A stretch of 64,000 nucleotides of DNA. It comes from the human T2T-CHM13v2.0 reference genome, Homo sapiens. The number at the start of each line of letters is the position of its first letter. Position 1 is the first letter of the stretch. The stretch lies in the NCBI RefSeq assembly GCF_009914755.1, contig NC_060928.1; one strand, 5' to 3'. Under the pieces are notes generated by a model that ran no database searches, was not told the DNA's origin, and saw only the letters and a program-made list of their open reading frames with translations. The position numbers and the translations under genes were made by a program. Positions 29,759 through 43,111 of the stretch are shown piece by piece.

Positions 29759-30129
29759 GGGACCTAAAAGGTTCTATTGCACCCCTCCCACAGGGCAGGA
29801 GGTAAACAGCACCCACCTCTCCATTACCCAGGAAGCCTGCTCAGGTGACTTGAGAGGGCAAAGCTTCAAGGTGACTTTCCATCCCTTTCTGCACAGAAGC
29901 AGCTGCTGCTTCCATGGTTTAAAATAAACAGTCTCAGCCTTAACACATCTCAGGCTCCGTTCCTGACCTGGGAAAGCAGGTGTGGCCCCTGTCCTCCTGG
30001 AGTCTGGCAGTAAGAGGAGAGCTAAACCCACCATTGTGAATTGTGCTGCCAACAGCCCACATCACACAGGCCATGTGCTGGAGTGGGGGAAAGAGGATGT
30101 CTCTGGAGAGCCTGTGTTGGGGCTCCAAC

Positions 30130-30420
30130 AGACCTGGAGGGTCAGGAAGTGAGGTGTCACCTGAGGCCTGGAAGGAGACCCAGCATAGCTAGGCAGGGAG
30201 CAGTTAGTAGGCTCATGATGGGAACAGCAAGTGCAAAGGTCCTGTGGTTGGGGGGCTGTGGCAGGAATGGGAGTGGGGGCAGAGAGGGGAACAGGGCCTG
30301 GTCAGATGGAGCCTCATAAGCCCCGCGGTGGGGTTTGGATCTTATAAAAGCCACAGAGAATCCTTGATGGGATTTAAGAATAGGAGTGAGGCCGGGTGCA
30401 TATCTAGAGAAATTCTTGGG
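30130..30420 (-). mobile_element. L2 relic
   Basis: GGGAACAGCAAGTGCAAAGGTCCTG...GGGTTTGGATCTTAT...TTTAAGAATAGGAGTGA. Confidence 0.75.
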
Positions 30421-31621
30421 AGGCGTGGGGGACGGAACCTGAGGCATTTAACACAAGAAGGGCCTGGTGCTGCTTGGGGGCACTGAGGAGGGAGCGTTCA
30501 GGGCGATTCTCCGGGTTGGACTCTGGGTGCCTAGGTGGGTGGAGGTGCGCAGTCATGGTGGGGGCCGGGGGACTCTTCGCTCCCAGATCCTGGTCAGCAC
30601 CGCCTTGGTCAGGCTGCCTGGCGATGACGCTGCTCTGCGTGACTGTCCCCAGTGTTATTTTCCCCAGGGCAGTTGGCTTGCACTTCCTGCCCCACTTACA
30701 TGGGAGTGGAGCTGAGCGTGTCCCCGGCAGTGGGGGCACCAGGGTCTGCAGGACGCGGGGCTGGAATTGGTCCTGGCAGCCCCAGGTCGGTGGCAAAGAG
30801 CAATAACTGCTTCCCAGAGGGCTGCTGGAGATTCCTCGAACGCCTAGAGAGCAAACCGCGGCCCCACGGCTTCCTGTGATGGCTGCTCCCTTAGGACTTT
30901 TCCCAGCTGCTTGCGGGATTGGCCACATCCGGACTCCACCAGGGCCTTGACCGCGCCCGCATCTGCTGTGTCTCCCAGGACTACAGCAACGGCCTCGCTG
31001 AGGTCCTCTGAGCCTCCCCTGCTTTGTTAAAGCCCCCTGAAGCTTTGCATCTCTGGAGGAAGAACTAAAACTCCGTGACCTCGCTTCCTGGGGCGCCCCC
31101 TCCCCGGCCTGCCCACCATGGCCACTTGCTATTCCTCGCCCTAACCAGGCACATGGCCATCCCAGGGTGTCCCCAACGGGGGTCCTTCTCCTCCCCGGAC
31201 AGCCCCGTGCTGTCTCTCGATTCCTCTGTTCTCTGTTCGACATCACCTTCTCGGCAAAGCCATCCCAGACCTCCCTTTTAGAACAGCCCCCTACTCACTC
31301 TACCTGCTTCCTTGAGGACCGCAGCTTCCCCACCCTCCCCACTGAAACTCCGCCTTGTCCCCCAGGTGGCCAGGACTTGCTGGGCATTCCTGGCAGGAGA
31401 CACAGCCACCCCTCATGAAATGCATTCCGTCCTCCCCTTGTGTTCCCCACCTTCCTTTTGGCCTGCCCAACATGCCTTTCCTTCCAGGAATATTTATTTT
31501 TCCAGCCTAATCTTCCCTTCCAGGGGTGGGGTAAGAGCAGGACTCTGCGGCTAATGGGATAACACACCTGTGTGGACTCCTCCCACCTCCGTGTGCTGAA
31601 GCTGAGTCCTCGTTTAGCCAA

Positions 31622-31975
31622 AAAGTGATGGGGGCAGGGGTCTCAATCAGTAGAGGCTCACAAGCCAAAGTGTGAGGACACGCCTAAGGAAAACACACGT
31701 CCCAGGAGCATCTGTGACCTGCGCGTTCCAAAGAAGGTTTTGGGAACTCAGTATTTAAGGGGAAGGGAGTACTTAAGGAGAGGGAAGGCGGGAGGGGTAG
31801 GCAGTGAGGCAGATGCTGACATTCTTGTGAGACTTTGAGTAAATGTACATTTTATGTAAGATAAGGTGAACAAGTGAAGGGAAGGGGGAGAGGGGACAGC
31901 TGTGCATCCGGCTCGGGACAGGTGGAGAGGTGACTTCTGATCTTGTCCTTCTGTACCTGGAAAGATACGCTTGCA
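31622..31975 (-). mobile_element. MER4-group ERV1 LTR fragment (MER34/39/65-like)
   Basis: GGTCTCAATC...GCCAAAG...GTATTTAAGGGGAA...TACATTTTATGTAAGATAAGGTGAAC, similar to the LTR at 47601. Confidence 0.55.
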
Positions 31976-32770
31976 GTCCATAGGCTGAACGGTGGCCTCC
32001 TAAAGATACATCCACATCCCAGAACCTGTGGCCGCGACCTCATTTGGAAAAGGATCTTTGCAGATGTGATGAGACTGATTTGGGGCTCCAAAATTACTAA
32101 GTTGAAGGGAAAAGTCAAGCTGGGAACTGCTTAGGGCCAACCTGCCTCCCACTCTACTCAAAGTCACCCCTCTGCTCACTGAGATAAATGCAGATCTGAG
32201 TCCTCCTTTGGAGAGGCTGATCAGAAACTCAAAAGACTGCAGCCATTTGTCTCTTATCCACGTACAACCTGGAAGGCTCCTTCCCATTTGGAGTCTTCCC
32301 GCCTTTCCAGACTGAACCAATATTCATCTTGCAGATGTCGATCAATGTCTTGTGTCTCCCTAAAATCTATAAAACCAAACTGTGCTCTGATCACCTTAGA
32401 CACATATCATCAGGACCTCCTGAGGCTGTGTTACGGGCACACATCCTCAACCTTGGCATAATAAACCTTCTGAAGTAACTGAGACCTGTCTCAGATTTTC
32501 AGGATGATCTGGTGAACGCTAAATCCTATGGCAAGTGTTCTCATGAGAGACAGAAAAGAAGGCACCAACACAGAGGGAGGAGGAGGCCACACACGGAGTC
32601 GGAGGCAGGGAGTGGAGCCGTGTGGCCACAGCCAAGAGACGTCTGGGACTACCAGGAGCAGGGAGAGGCGGGAAGGAGCCTGCCCGCAGAGGCTTCACGG
32701 GAGCCAGCCCTGCCATACCTTGGTTTCTGACTCCTGGCTTACTGAGCTGTGAGAGGATGGTGGTTTTAAT
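31976..32770 (+). mobile_element. MLT1C-like LTR interrupted by MER4A
   Basis: GGCTGAACGGTGGCCTCC...TTTGGAAAAGGATCTTTGCAGATGT, resuming CTAAATCC...GGCCACAGCCAAG...GCCCTGCC...GAGCTGTGAGAG. Confidence 0.8.
32075..32503 (+). mobile_element. MER4A-like LTR
   Basis: GGAAAAGTCAAGCTGGGAACTGCTTAGGGC...CAGGACCTCCTGAGGCTGTG...GAGACCTGTCTCAGAT. Confidence 0.85.
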
Positions 32771-33006
32771 CATCTCTCACACCCCCTCTTGGGGTAAGTT
32801 GTTTGGGAACTCAGGGTGTGGAAGAGGAGGCCAGGCGAAGACCCTGGAAAGGGCACAGAGAGGGGGCCTCTGAGCTTCCATGAGGACATGGAGGCTGGGA
32901 CTCCATACACGGGTCCTGCGACCTCAGGTTCACCGCATCTCTTTCCTTACCTGTAAAATGGGTGAATGGCGCCCTCTTTGGCCATTTTGAGGATTTGGTA
33001 GCCTGT

Positions 33007-33535
33007 TGCAAACCAAAATAAAATTCCAAGATCCCCCAACCATCTGAATGGACTTCCTCCTCGGCCAGGCTGCTCTAAAGTTTAACCTGAAAGACTGGTT
33101 CAGGCCATGAGAGGAAGTGGGGGTCAAACGTGCCTCGTTGTACCCTCCCTGAACGGCTCCTAAGATCTGCACTTGAGATATTTCGTAGACCCTGAACTTG
33201 ATGGATCAACTGGCGCCACCCAGTTCAATAAACTAGCTCATCTGATCTTGTGGCCCCCACCCAGGAACTGACTCAGCACTACAAGACAGCCTCCACTCCC
33301 AATGACTTCACCCCTGACCAGTCAGCACTCCTGGCTCACTGGCTTCCCCCGACTCACCGAGTTATCCTTAAAAACTCTGCACCCTGAATGCTCAGGGAGA
33401 CTGATCTGAGTAATAAAACTCTGGTCTCCCGCACAGCTGGCCCTGCATGAAATACTCTTTCTCTTTTCATTCCCCTGTCTTGATGAATCAGGTCTGTCTA
33501 GGCAGCAGGCAAGGTGAACCCCTTGGGCGGTTACA
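33007..33535 (+). mobile_element. Composite ERV1 LTR: MER4 5' part (33007 to about 33150) plus LTR8 3' part
   Basis: First 140 bp match the start of the MER4 at 20043. The remainder has LTR8 motifs (CTTGTGGCCCCCACCCAGGAACTGACTCAGC...GCAAGGTGAACCCCTTGGGCGGTTACA). Confidence 0.8.
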
Positions 33536-34019
33536 CTGAAAGCCTCTATTTCCTCACCTGTGAAATGGGCTTGTGCCTTTTCTTGGGCTGAGATGGCCAA
33601 TGAGGTGGCGTTGAGGCTAGTGTCTGGCCCAGGGCCTAGCAGAGCCTGCAGGCTCTCAGAGCAGGGGAGTCTCATTCCCATGAGATCAGGAGGAGGACAA
33701 GGAAAAGCAGGGACTCCCTCTGGGGGCAGCGGGACCTGCCCTGTGAGCTTCCTTGTCCTCTAGCTGCATGGCCCCTGGAGGTGTCTAGGACATGCCATGG
33801 TTTAGACAGGCTCCCTAGAGGCAACTGCATGACTGGTGCCACACACACGTTAGGCCCCACACATGGAGATGGGGGGCAGAGGGCGCATCTGGACACACAC
33901 CCTGGGGCTGTCTGGGGTGGGCCCAACAAGGCTTGGTGTTTGTCTTCTGTCTCCCACAGGCAGTGGTTGCCGGGGTCGGCCGCTGCCTTAGGGCAGATTG
34001 TTACACGCTCAGGAATGTC

Positions 34020-34537
34020 TTGCGCAGGCTGATGCTATGCATCAACTCACTGGGGCTTGGGGGTGCCCAGGTAGCTGCCGCTGCAACATTATTTCTGGGT
34101 GCCTGAGAGGTGTTTCTGGAAGGGACTAGCATTAGAATGAGGAAACTGAGGAAAGAAGATGGCCCTCCCCAGTGTGGGCGGCATCATCCCATCTACTATG
34201 GGTGCAGAGGGAACAAGGCAGCGGAGGAGGGAGGCAGTGGTTCTCTGCCTCCCGGAGCTGAGACGTGCACACCTCCTGCCCGCGGTCCTTGGCACCTGGT
34301 GCTCCCAGTTCTCAGGCTGTGGGACTTGATTGAGTCATACAACCTGCTTTCCTGGGTCTCCAGGTTGCAGACGGCAGATTGTGGGGCTTCTTGGTCTCTG
34401 TAACTGCAGGAACCAATTCCCATACAAAAATCTGTCTCCTCTCTCCTCTCTCCTCTCTCCGCTCTCCTCTCCTCTCTCCTCTCTCCTCTCTCCTCTCTCG
34501 TATTGGTTCTGTTTCTCTGGAGACCCCTGACTCAGAC
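34020..34537 (+). mobile_element. MLT2 (ERV-L) solo LTR with (CTCTCCT)n expansion at about 34435-34498
   Basis: ACATTATTTCTGGGTG...CCTGGGTCTCCAGGTTGCAGACGGCAGATTGTGGG...TATTGGTTCTGTTTCTCTGGAGA. Confidence 0.88.
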
Positions 34538-34780
34538 CTCTGGGGAGGCAATTGTGTCATGGTTGGAAGCTTGGAGTCGACCAAGATGAGAGTGTTTACA
34601 CCATGAAAATTGGCAGGAGTTACAGAGCAGGGCCATCCACAATTCCTGTCCTTACCAGCCCCCCCACTGCACAGGGAGGAGATGCAGGTGACTCACCTGT
34701 GCCCAGCACCTTATTTTCCTCCCAAGAGAAACTGCTTCCCCTCTCAGAAGCCCGCATTACATCTGCTCTTTTCTGACGCG

Positions 34781-34813
34781 GTGCCATCTGGCGGATGCGT
34801 CTTGCGCACTGCT
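34781..34813 (-). promoter_or_regulatory. Candidate CTCF site (core plus upstream motif)
   Basis: Minus strand AGCAGTGCGCAAGACGCAT-CCGCCAGATGGCAC matches the CCRSYAGRKGGCRS core, with a GCAGT upstream element and locally retained CpGs. Confidence 0.6.
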
Positions 34814-35709
34814 GACTGGCGGGCCCAGGGAGTGGTCGCATCTCCCGTGTCTCTGGTGTGTTGGGGGGGCTTGGTAGCTTCTGCTAATACATGAGCAGCT
34901 TGTACCTCCTTTTTCCCATCACAGTGCCGTAGAGTGGCTGCCTGAACCCCACAGCTGGCAGGCATCAGGGCTGGACAGGAGAAGGCAGAACCCATGACCT
35001 ACTGGCTCTCTGTCCTGCCCCCAGAGCCCAAACACAGTGTTTGCTGAGTGAGAAAACACGCAGGGCTGAATGAAAGCACCTTGCAGGCCCTTCCTGCCTA
35101 AGCTTCTTTGCTTCTGGGCCTGCTGCCTTCCAGGAAGTGTCCCCAGACACTCTTTCCTGGAACCTGGAGGACACGGCCTCTCACTGAAGAGCTCCTGGTT
35201 CCGGAATCGGCACCACCCAGAAGGTGGCAGGATTCTGGGCCCGTCGGTGGCAGCAGTCTTGCTCTGTGATGGTTCGCCTTGTGAGGCTGAAAGCCGGCGG
35301 CCACCTCTGCATGTGGGGGTGGGAGGCCGGGGTCAGGGAGGTGCATGGAGTTTTCAGATCACAGCCTAGCCCTTATCAGTGGCTGCCCCAGAACCTGACA
35401 GTGGGCTTAGCTCCCGTGAGCAGTGAGCCAGGGGGACTGCAGCCTCCCTGCTGTGGCCTCCTCCTTGGCCTCCCTTGTCCCTGCCCCACCTGCTGCCAAC
35501 ACTTTGCTGTGACAACGATAAAGGCTGCCAAGTTGGGACACACTGCAGGGAGGCTGAGGCCAGGAGTGTAGGCCCAGGGTCTAGGAGTGGGCTCTATCTG
35601 CCCTGTTCCTGGGGCTGAGCCTGGCTGGACACCCCCTCCCACCCTACTGCACGCTTCTCTCTTTGCCAGCTGCCCTCACTGGGGACCCTGGTTGGTGGTT
35701 TCAGCCTTT

Positions 35710-35931
35710 TGGCCTGAGCTTTCTAGGAGTTAGCATGAGTTTGGCCCCATTTCCTGCTCTGTCTCCTGCATTCCCTTTCACCTTCTGCCTTCCACCATGG
35801 GATGACCCTTCACTAGATGCCAGCGCCATGCCCTTAGACTTCTCAGCCTCTGGAACCAAATAAACTTCTGCTCTTTATAAGTCATTCAGGCTGCAGTATT
35901 CTGCTATAGCTGCAGAAAATGGACGAAGACA
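35710..35931 (+). mobile_element. MST/MLT1A LTR 3' part
   Basis: CCTTCCACCATGGGATGAC...GACTTCTCAGCCTC...AATAAAC...AAATGGACGAAGACA. Confidence 0.85.
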
Positions 35932-36819
35932 GCATACCTGTTTGAAGAAATTAACTTCCCCATTATTGCCCGATTTATTTGGAGGAATGACATGTTCCCA
36001 AGTCTAATGCCACCTTCCCTGCTGACTAGCATAGGAAAAACATTTCTTTTTCTATTCCTATTTTTCATGGCAAGGGGAAGAACCCTGACATTCTGTGAAG
36101 GCACGTTCTAGAGATTTCTACAGTAGGGAAATTGCATGCCTTAAGTTTTGCCCGTAAATTGGGTTAACCTCCGTTCAAGGTACAGCCTCTCATTCCTAAT
36201 AAGCAAGTGAGTCCATGAGAACTGTGGGCTGTGGGCCTGGGTCTTCCATTTTCATAGAGTGAGTTGTATTTTGAGCTGGACTGGCAGAGACTGGGAGCTG
36301 CTCCCTCGTTGCCTGGCCCCCCTTCTTTCTTTCTGACAGAATCCTGATTTTATGCTGCCCCACTGTCAGCCTGGAAAGCAGAAACCCATCCAAGAATTTC
36401 AAGCAGGTGGGATTTAGTCCAGTGCAGTGGTCAGAGCATTTGGAAAGGCTGCAGGAGCGAGAGGAAATGCAAGGAATGCTCCAACATCAGAGGCTGCTGC
36501 GGCAGCAGGGCTGACCCCGAGTCTGGGTCTGCTGGTGGAGACGCTGTCAGGCCCAGTTCGGGGGCCACTGAAAAGCTGCTACCTTGGCCAGCTGCAGCCA
36601 CTATCAAGGACATCGCTGCTGCCATTGCAGGTGTCTAGAGACATCGTGAAGAACTGGAAAGAGCAGGAGAGTTCCCCTGTCTCCTTCCCCGTCCTACTGC
36701 AGGACCCTAACCGGAGGCCAGCTGGCCTGGGAGGCTGAGGGGTGCACAGGTTCTGATCATTCATGGCAGGAATGAGGCAGAGAGCAAAGCAGCAAGTGAC
36801 CAGCCCAGTGGTGATGTGC

Positions 36820-37552
<733 letters not shown>

Positions 37553-38096
37553 TGTGTTGATTTTAGCTGTCACCTTACAGGACTGACATGCAAGTACCCC
37601 CTGCATAAGATGGGCATAAGAAATGTCTATCAGTCTGTTTGTTGGAAGGACTGCACCATGGGTGGCCAACCATGGCCTAGGACCTGACTTAAGAATGCCA
37701 GTTGCCCTAGGAAGGGAGTGGGAGTGTGCAGCCTGGGAAGCTGTCTATCTCCTGATTGGGAATGAAGAATGAGACTTTTGGTGTGGCTTCTGGGCTCACA
37801 TTAATTACTGTGAATTAATGTTGGGGTTTCCAAGGAAGCAGCTCAGGCCTGGGATGGGGCATGGTGGTGTTAAGACAGTCCCTGGTCCCCAGAGTTCAGT
37901 GCGGTGGCCCACATGAGTGGGTGATTGCAATGCAGTAGGAGAAGGGACAGTGAAGGCTGTGGGTTTACTCCTGCTTGCACCCCCAGCTGGCTGGACTGCA
38001 GGGCCCCTTTCCTGGGAGTGTGGCTCTAATCGGCTGCATTTCTTTCCAAATGCTTCCCGGCCTCCTCCGGCATCTTTGCTGCTTTATCTCAGCTGC

Positions 38097-38344
38097 CCAT
38101 GACTTAAGTCCCTCTCATGCCTGCAACTTTCCTGGAGTTCTCTCCCTGCCAAGGGCATCCCCATCCTCCTGACTGTCCAACTCAAACCCTCAGAAGCATC
38201 TGTGGCTTCTGTTGCTCCGTCCATGACTTAAGTCCCTCTCATGGCTGCAACTTTCCTGGAGTTCTCTCCCTGCCAAGGGCATCCCCATCCTCCCGACTGT
38301 CCAACTCAAACCCTCAGAAGCATCTGTGGCTTCTGTTGCTCTGT
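38097..38344. repeat. 124-bp tandem duplication
   Basis: 38097-38220 and 38221-38344, three mismatches. Confidence 0.95.
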
Positions 38345-38640
38345 CCTCTTGCTTCTCAGTCCAGCTGCAGGTCCTGTCCCTGTTCTTGGACATCAGCCTT
38401 TGCTTAGACACCTCCAGGAATGGGGAACTCACTTACTGGTAAAGCAATTCATTCCTTCATTCTAACAGCCTTAAATTTCTTCCTCTTAACTTCAGGTCTT
38501 TGCACATGCCATTCCCTCAGCTGGAGTGCTCTCCCAACTCCACCCCAGCCTCCGCTCTCCACTGCCTCTGACTCTCCACCAGGCCTCACCTCTAGGGAAC
38601 CATTGCAGACCCTTCCTCAGTCTGGGGCACATGCTCCCCC
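38345..38640 (+). mobile_element. L2 relic
   Basis: TCAGGTCTTTGCACATGCCATTCCCTCAGCTGGAGTGCTCTCCC...CACCTCTAGGGAACC. Confidence 0.7.
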
Positions 38641-39613
38641 TGGGTCCTGACAGCCTCAGGCCTGTTGGCAGTAAGGTCTCTCTGGGCATGGTGCCTTTAA
38701 ATGACCCAAGGAGGGGTCTTCTCACCCTCCTGCCTGGTGCCAGGTATGCAGGGACCCCAGGTGATAATTAGAATTTTGGCAGGTGCTTCTAGGCTGCTGG
38801 TTGAGGAGCTTGCCTGGCTTCCGTTGCCTCATACATGCCAGCATCGCTGCTGTGGGTAACCTGAGGCTGGGGACTGCGCTGCATCTGCTTCTATGCCCCC
38901 AGGCCCAGCAGGTGCGAGCCCAGAGCTGATGCTCAGCACACGTCTGTTGAGTGAATGCAAGGATGACCCCAGTCCTTGTCCTAATTCACCTGTAGCCTCC
39001 ATAATTCTCTTTCAGCACGGGCTCTGCTTCCCACATGTAAAAGGGGCATGTGCCATCTCCCAGGGTGGTTGTGAGTCCTAAATGAGAAAATAAACAGCCC
39101 GTGGGGCCTCAGTTTCCCCACCTGTAAAACAAGCGATGGCATCTGCCATCTCCAAGTGCACATGAGCTATAGCATCAAGAATTGCAGGGCTGGGCCTGGC
39201 CTAGATTCTGGAGCTGCAGGGCCAGGGGTGAGCCCCAAAGGCCAGAGCCCCAGGCTAGGCTGCCCATGTAACCAGAGCTGCCACCTGAGCGTTGGTGCCC
39301 AGCACAGACCAGCTGCATCAGCCGCCCCACCCGGGAGGTCTCCAGCTCTTGAGAGGTGGGAAGAGAGCTCTGGGGACCTTGCCAGGCAGCCAGCGTAGTC
39401 TTGGGGTGGCTGCAGGTGGCTAGAAGGGAGGGTGCAGGATAGCGTCTTCATCAGCGGATCCCAGGGGCCAGGTTCCCTGGAACTGCATCCCCTCTGATCC
39501 TGGCTCCTGGTGCTGGAGCTCTGGCAGGATGGCTAGGCCAATGGCATTGGCAGCAGCTTTTCCTGTTCCTGATGTGGCTGTGAAGGGGAGGGGCAGCCGG
39601 AGAGAAATACTGA

Positions 39614-39915
<302 letters not shown>

Positions 39916-40048
39916 GGCAGTTCTGACTAGTTCTGCAAATAATGACCAGAGGACTAAAAGCCTGGGCAAGTGCTCAAAGTACCATTAGGAGGGCAATGCG
40001 CAGGACGCCACCTGGCAGGGAGCGAGGGCTGCAAGAGTGAGCCATGAC

Positions 40049-40590
40049 TGTGGCGGGAGGAATTCCGAGATGGCCCCAAGATCACGCCCCTAGTGTACCG
40101 CCCAATATAATCCCCTCGGGGGATGTGGGCCTGCTGTGAATCTGCTGGGATTTGGCAGCTGTGATTAGGTTATCTCCTGGTACTGTGGACCTTAAGAACG
40201 GGGGATTATCCTGGGTGGGCCTGGCTAGTCATCGGAGCCTTCAAACCGACGGGGCTCCTCCAGGAGGGAGGGATTTTACAGGAGAGACCGTTCTTGCTGC
40301 TCTGAAAATGGGGCTCCACCTGGCAGGGACCTGGGCAGGAATTCTAGCTGCCGAGAACAAGCCCTGCCAACAACCCTGGGAAACCAAATTCCACCAAACC
40401 TGAGAGCTTGGAGGAGGCCCCTGCGTTTCAGATAAGATCACAACCCAGCGGACACCATCACTGCAGCCTCGTGAGATGCTGAGCAGAGGACCTAGCTGAG
40501 CCCTGCCCGGATTTTGCCCTGCAGAAATGAATATGTGGATGTGGGGTGGGTGAGGTTGATCATTCCTTACACTGCATAGGAAACTAACAC
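40049..40590 (+). mobile_element. MLT1E-like LTR
   Basis: TGTGGCGGGAGGAATTCCGAGATGGCCCCAAGA...ATTATCCTGGGTGGGCC...CTGAGCAGAGGACCTAGCTGAGCC...ATAGGAAACTAACAC. Confidence 0.8.
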
Positions 40591-40877
40591 CTAAGTAAAA
40601 GGGGTACCTGTGACTCCCTCCTCTGGCCTTCCACGTCCTCCGTGGTGCCCCGGCATCCCTTGCTCTCTGGTGCTATCTGCTTTTGTGCGAGGCCTTCCCC
40701 TGCTCCTTGTGCCCATCCATAAAGCCCCACGCATCCTGCGAGGCTGTGTTCGACCAGGCTTGGAGGAGCCTTCCCCGACCCCAGCGACCCCCAGGGTGCT
40801 GCCGATTCCTGGGCCAGCCTCACTCCAGCACAGGCTCTGCCTCCACGGTGTGTGTTGAATGAATGGATTTTTAACTA

Positions 40878-41871
<994 letters not shown>

Positions 41872-42692
41872 CTAAGAGGGCTGATGTGTATTTTTCCACG
41901 AGTTCTCTGGGGGTAACTATACAGAAAATTGTTTTGAAAATAGCATTTTTATTTTAAAACATGGCATAGGGATGTCATTAGGAAGTAAGGCATTAGGGAT
42001 ATCATAAAGAAGGGATATCAAAGAAGTAAAAAGAAATATACAGAAAATTAGAGGAAAAAGAGATCGATGGAGGCCCGTGACCAGAGAGATGGACGCTGGT
42101 CTTTTGATGAACATGATTTCAAGGTCTTCTCTGGGCACATGAAGGTTACCCCCTTCCACACACACACCCCTCCACACCCCAAGCCCTCCCGTGCACACTC
42201 AGATGTGGACACATAGTGAGATCATATGATGTGCCATGTATGATCTCCTGTGTTATTTTTTAAATCAACTCCATAAGCCTAGGCAGATTCCTGTGCCCAT
42301 GAATGTGGAACTGGCTCGCGGATCTCACAGCTCCTGGTGTTTCCTTGGCAGGGAATCCACTCTCCAGGTGTGTGTTATATAAACACCGCCGTCCTCTATG
42401 CATCCAAAGCATTGGACTCCTATGCTAGGCTCCTCGGTGTTAAATTCCTGGACAAACAGCTGTCAGACTTTACAGGCACTCAGTAAATGATTGCGGAATG
42501 GATTTAAAATTGTGCATAAGGATAAGCCTGTTTTTAGTATCAATGCCCAGACTGCCCCTCCCTGCCAGCAGGGCAAGCGAAAAACCTGTGTCCATTTTCC
42601 CCATCACCATCGGGAGGCAATTTTACCAACCTCATGGTGAAGAGCTCTGTCTCTTCTTTCCCTATCTTTAAGGACTAGGACATTGAGACCAC

Positions 42693-43111
<419 letters not shown>

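Noticed and set aside
30404-31246. Longest ORF (280 aa, minus strand)
   Set aside because: Gly/Arg/Pro-rich, no recognisable domain, overlaps L2 relics; expected by chance in GC-rich DNA.
35985-36006. Possible p53/p63 response element (GACATGTTCCCAAGTCT)
   Set aside because: The CWWG cores are 4 bp apart rather than the canonical 6.
36420-36745. Possible exon or pseudogene-like GC-rich segment (ORF 36427-36738)
   Set aside because: No recognisable protein; the 3' part looks like a very old MaLR LTR, too uncertain to call.
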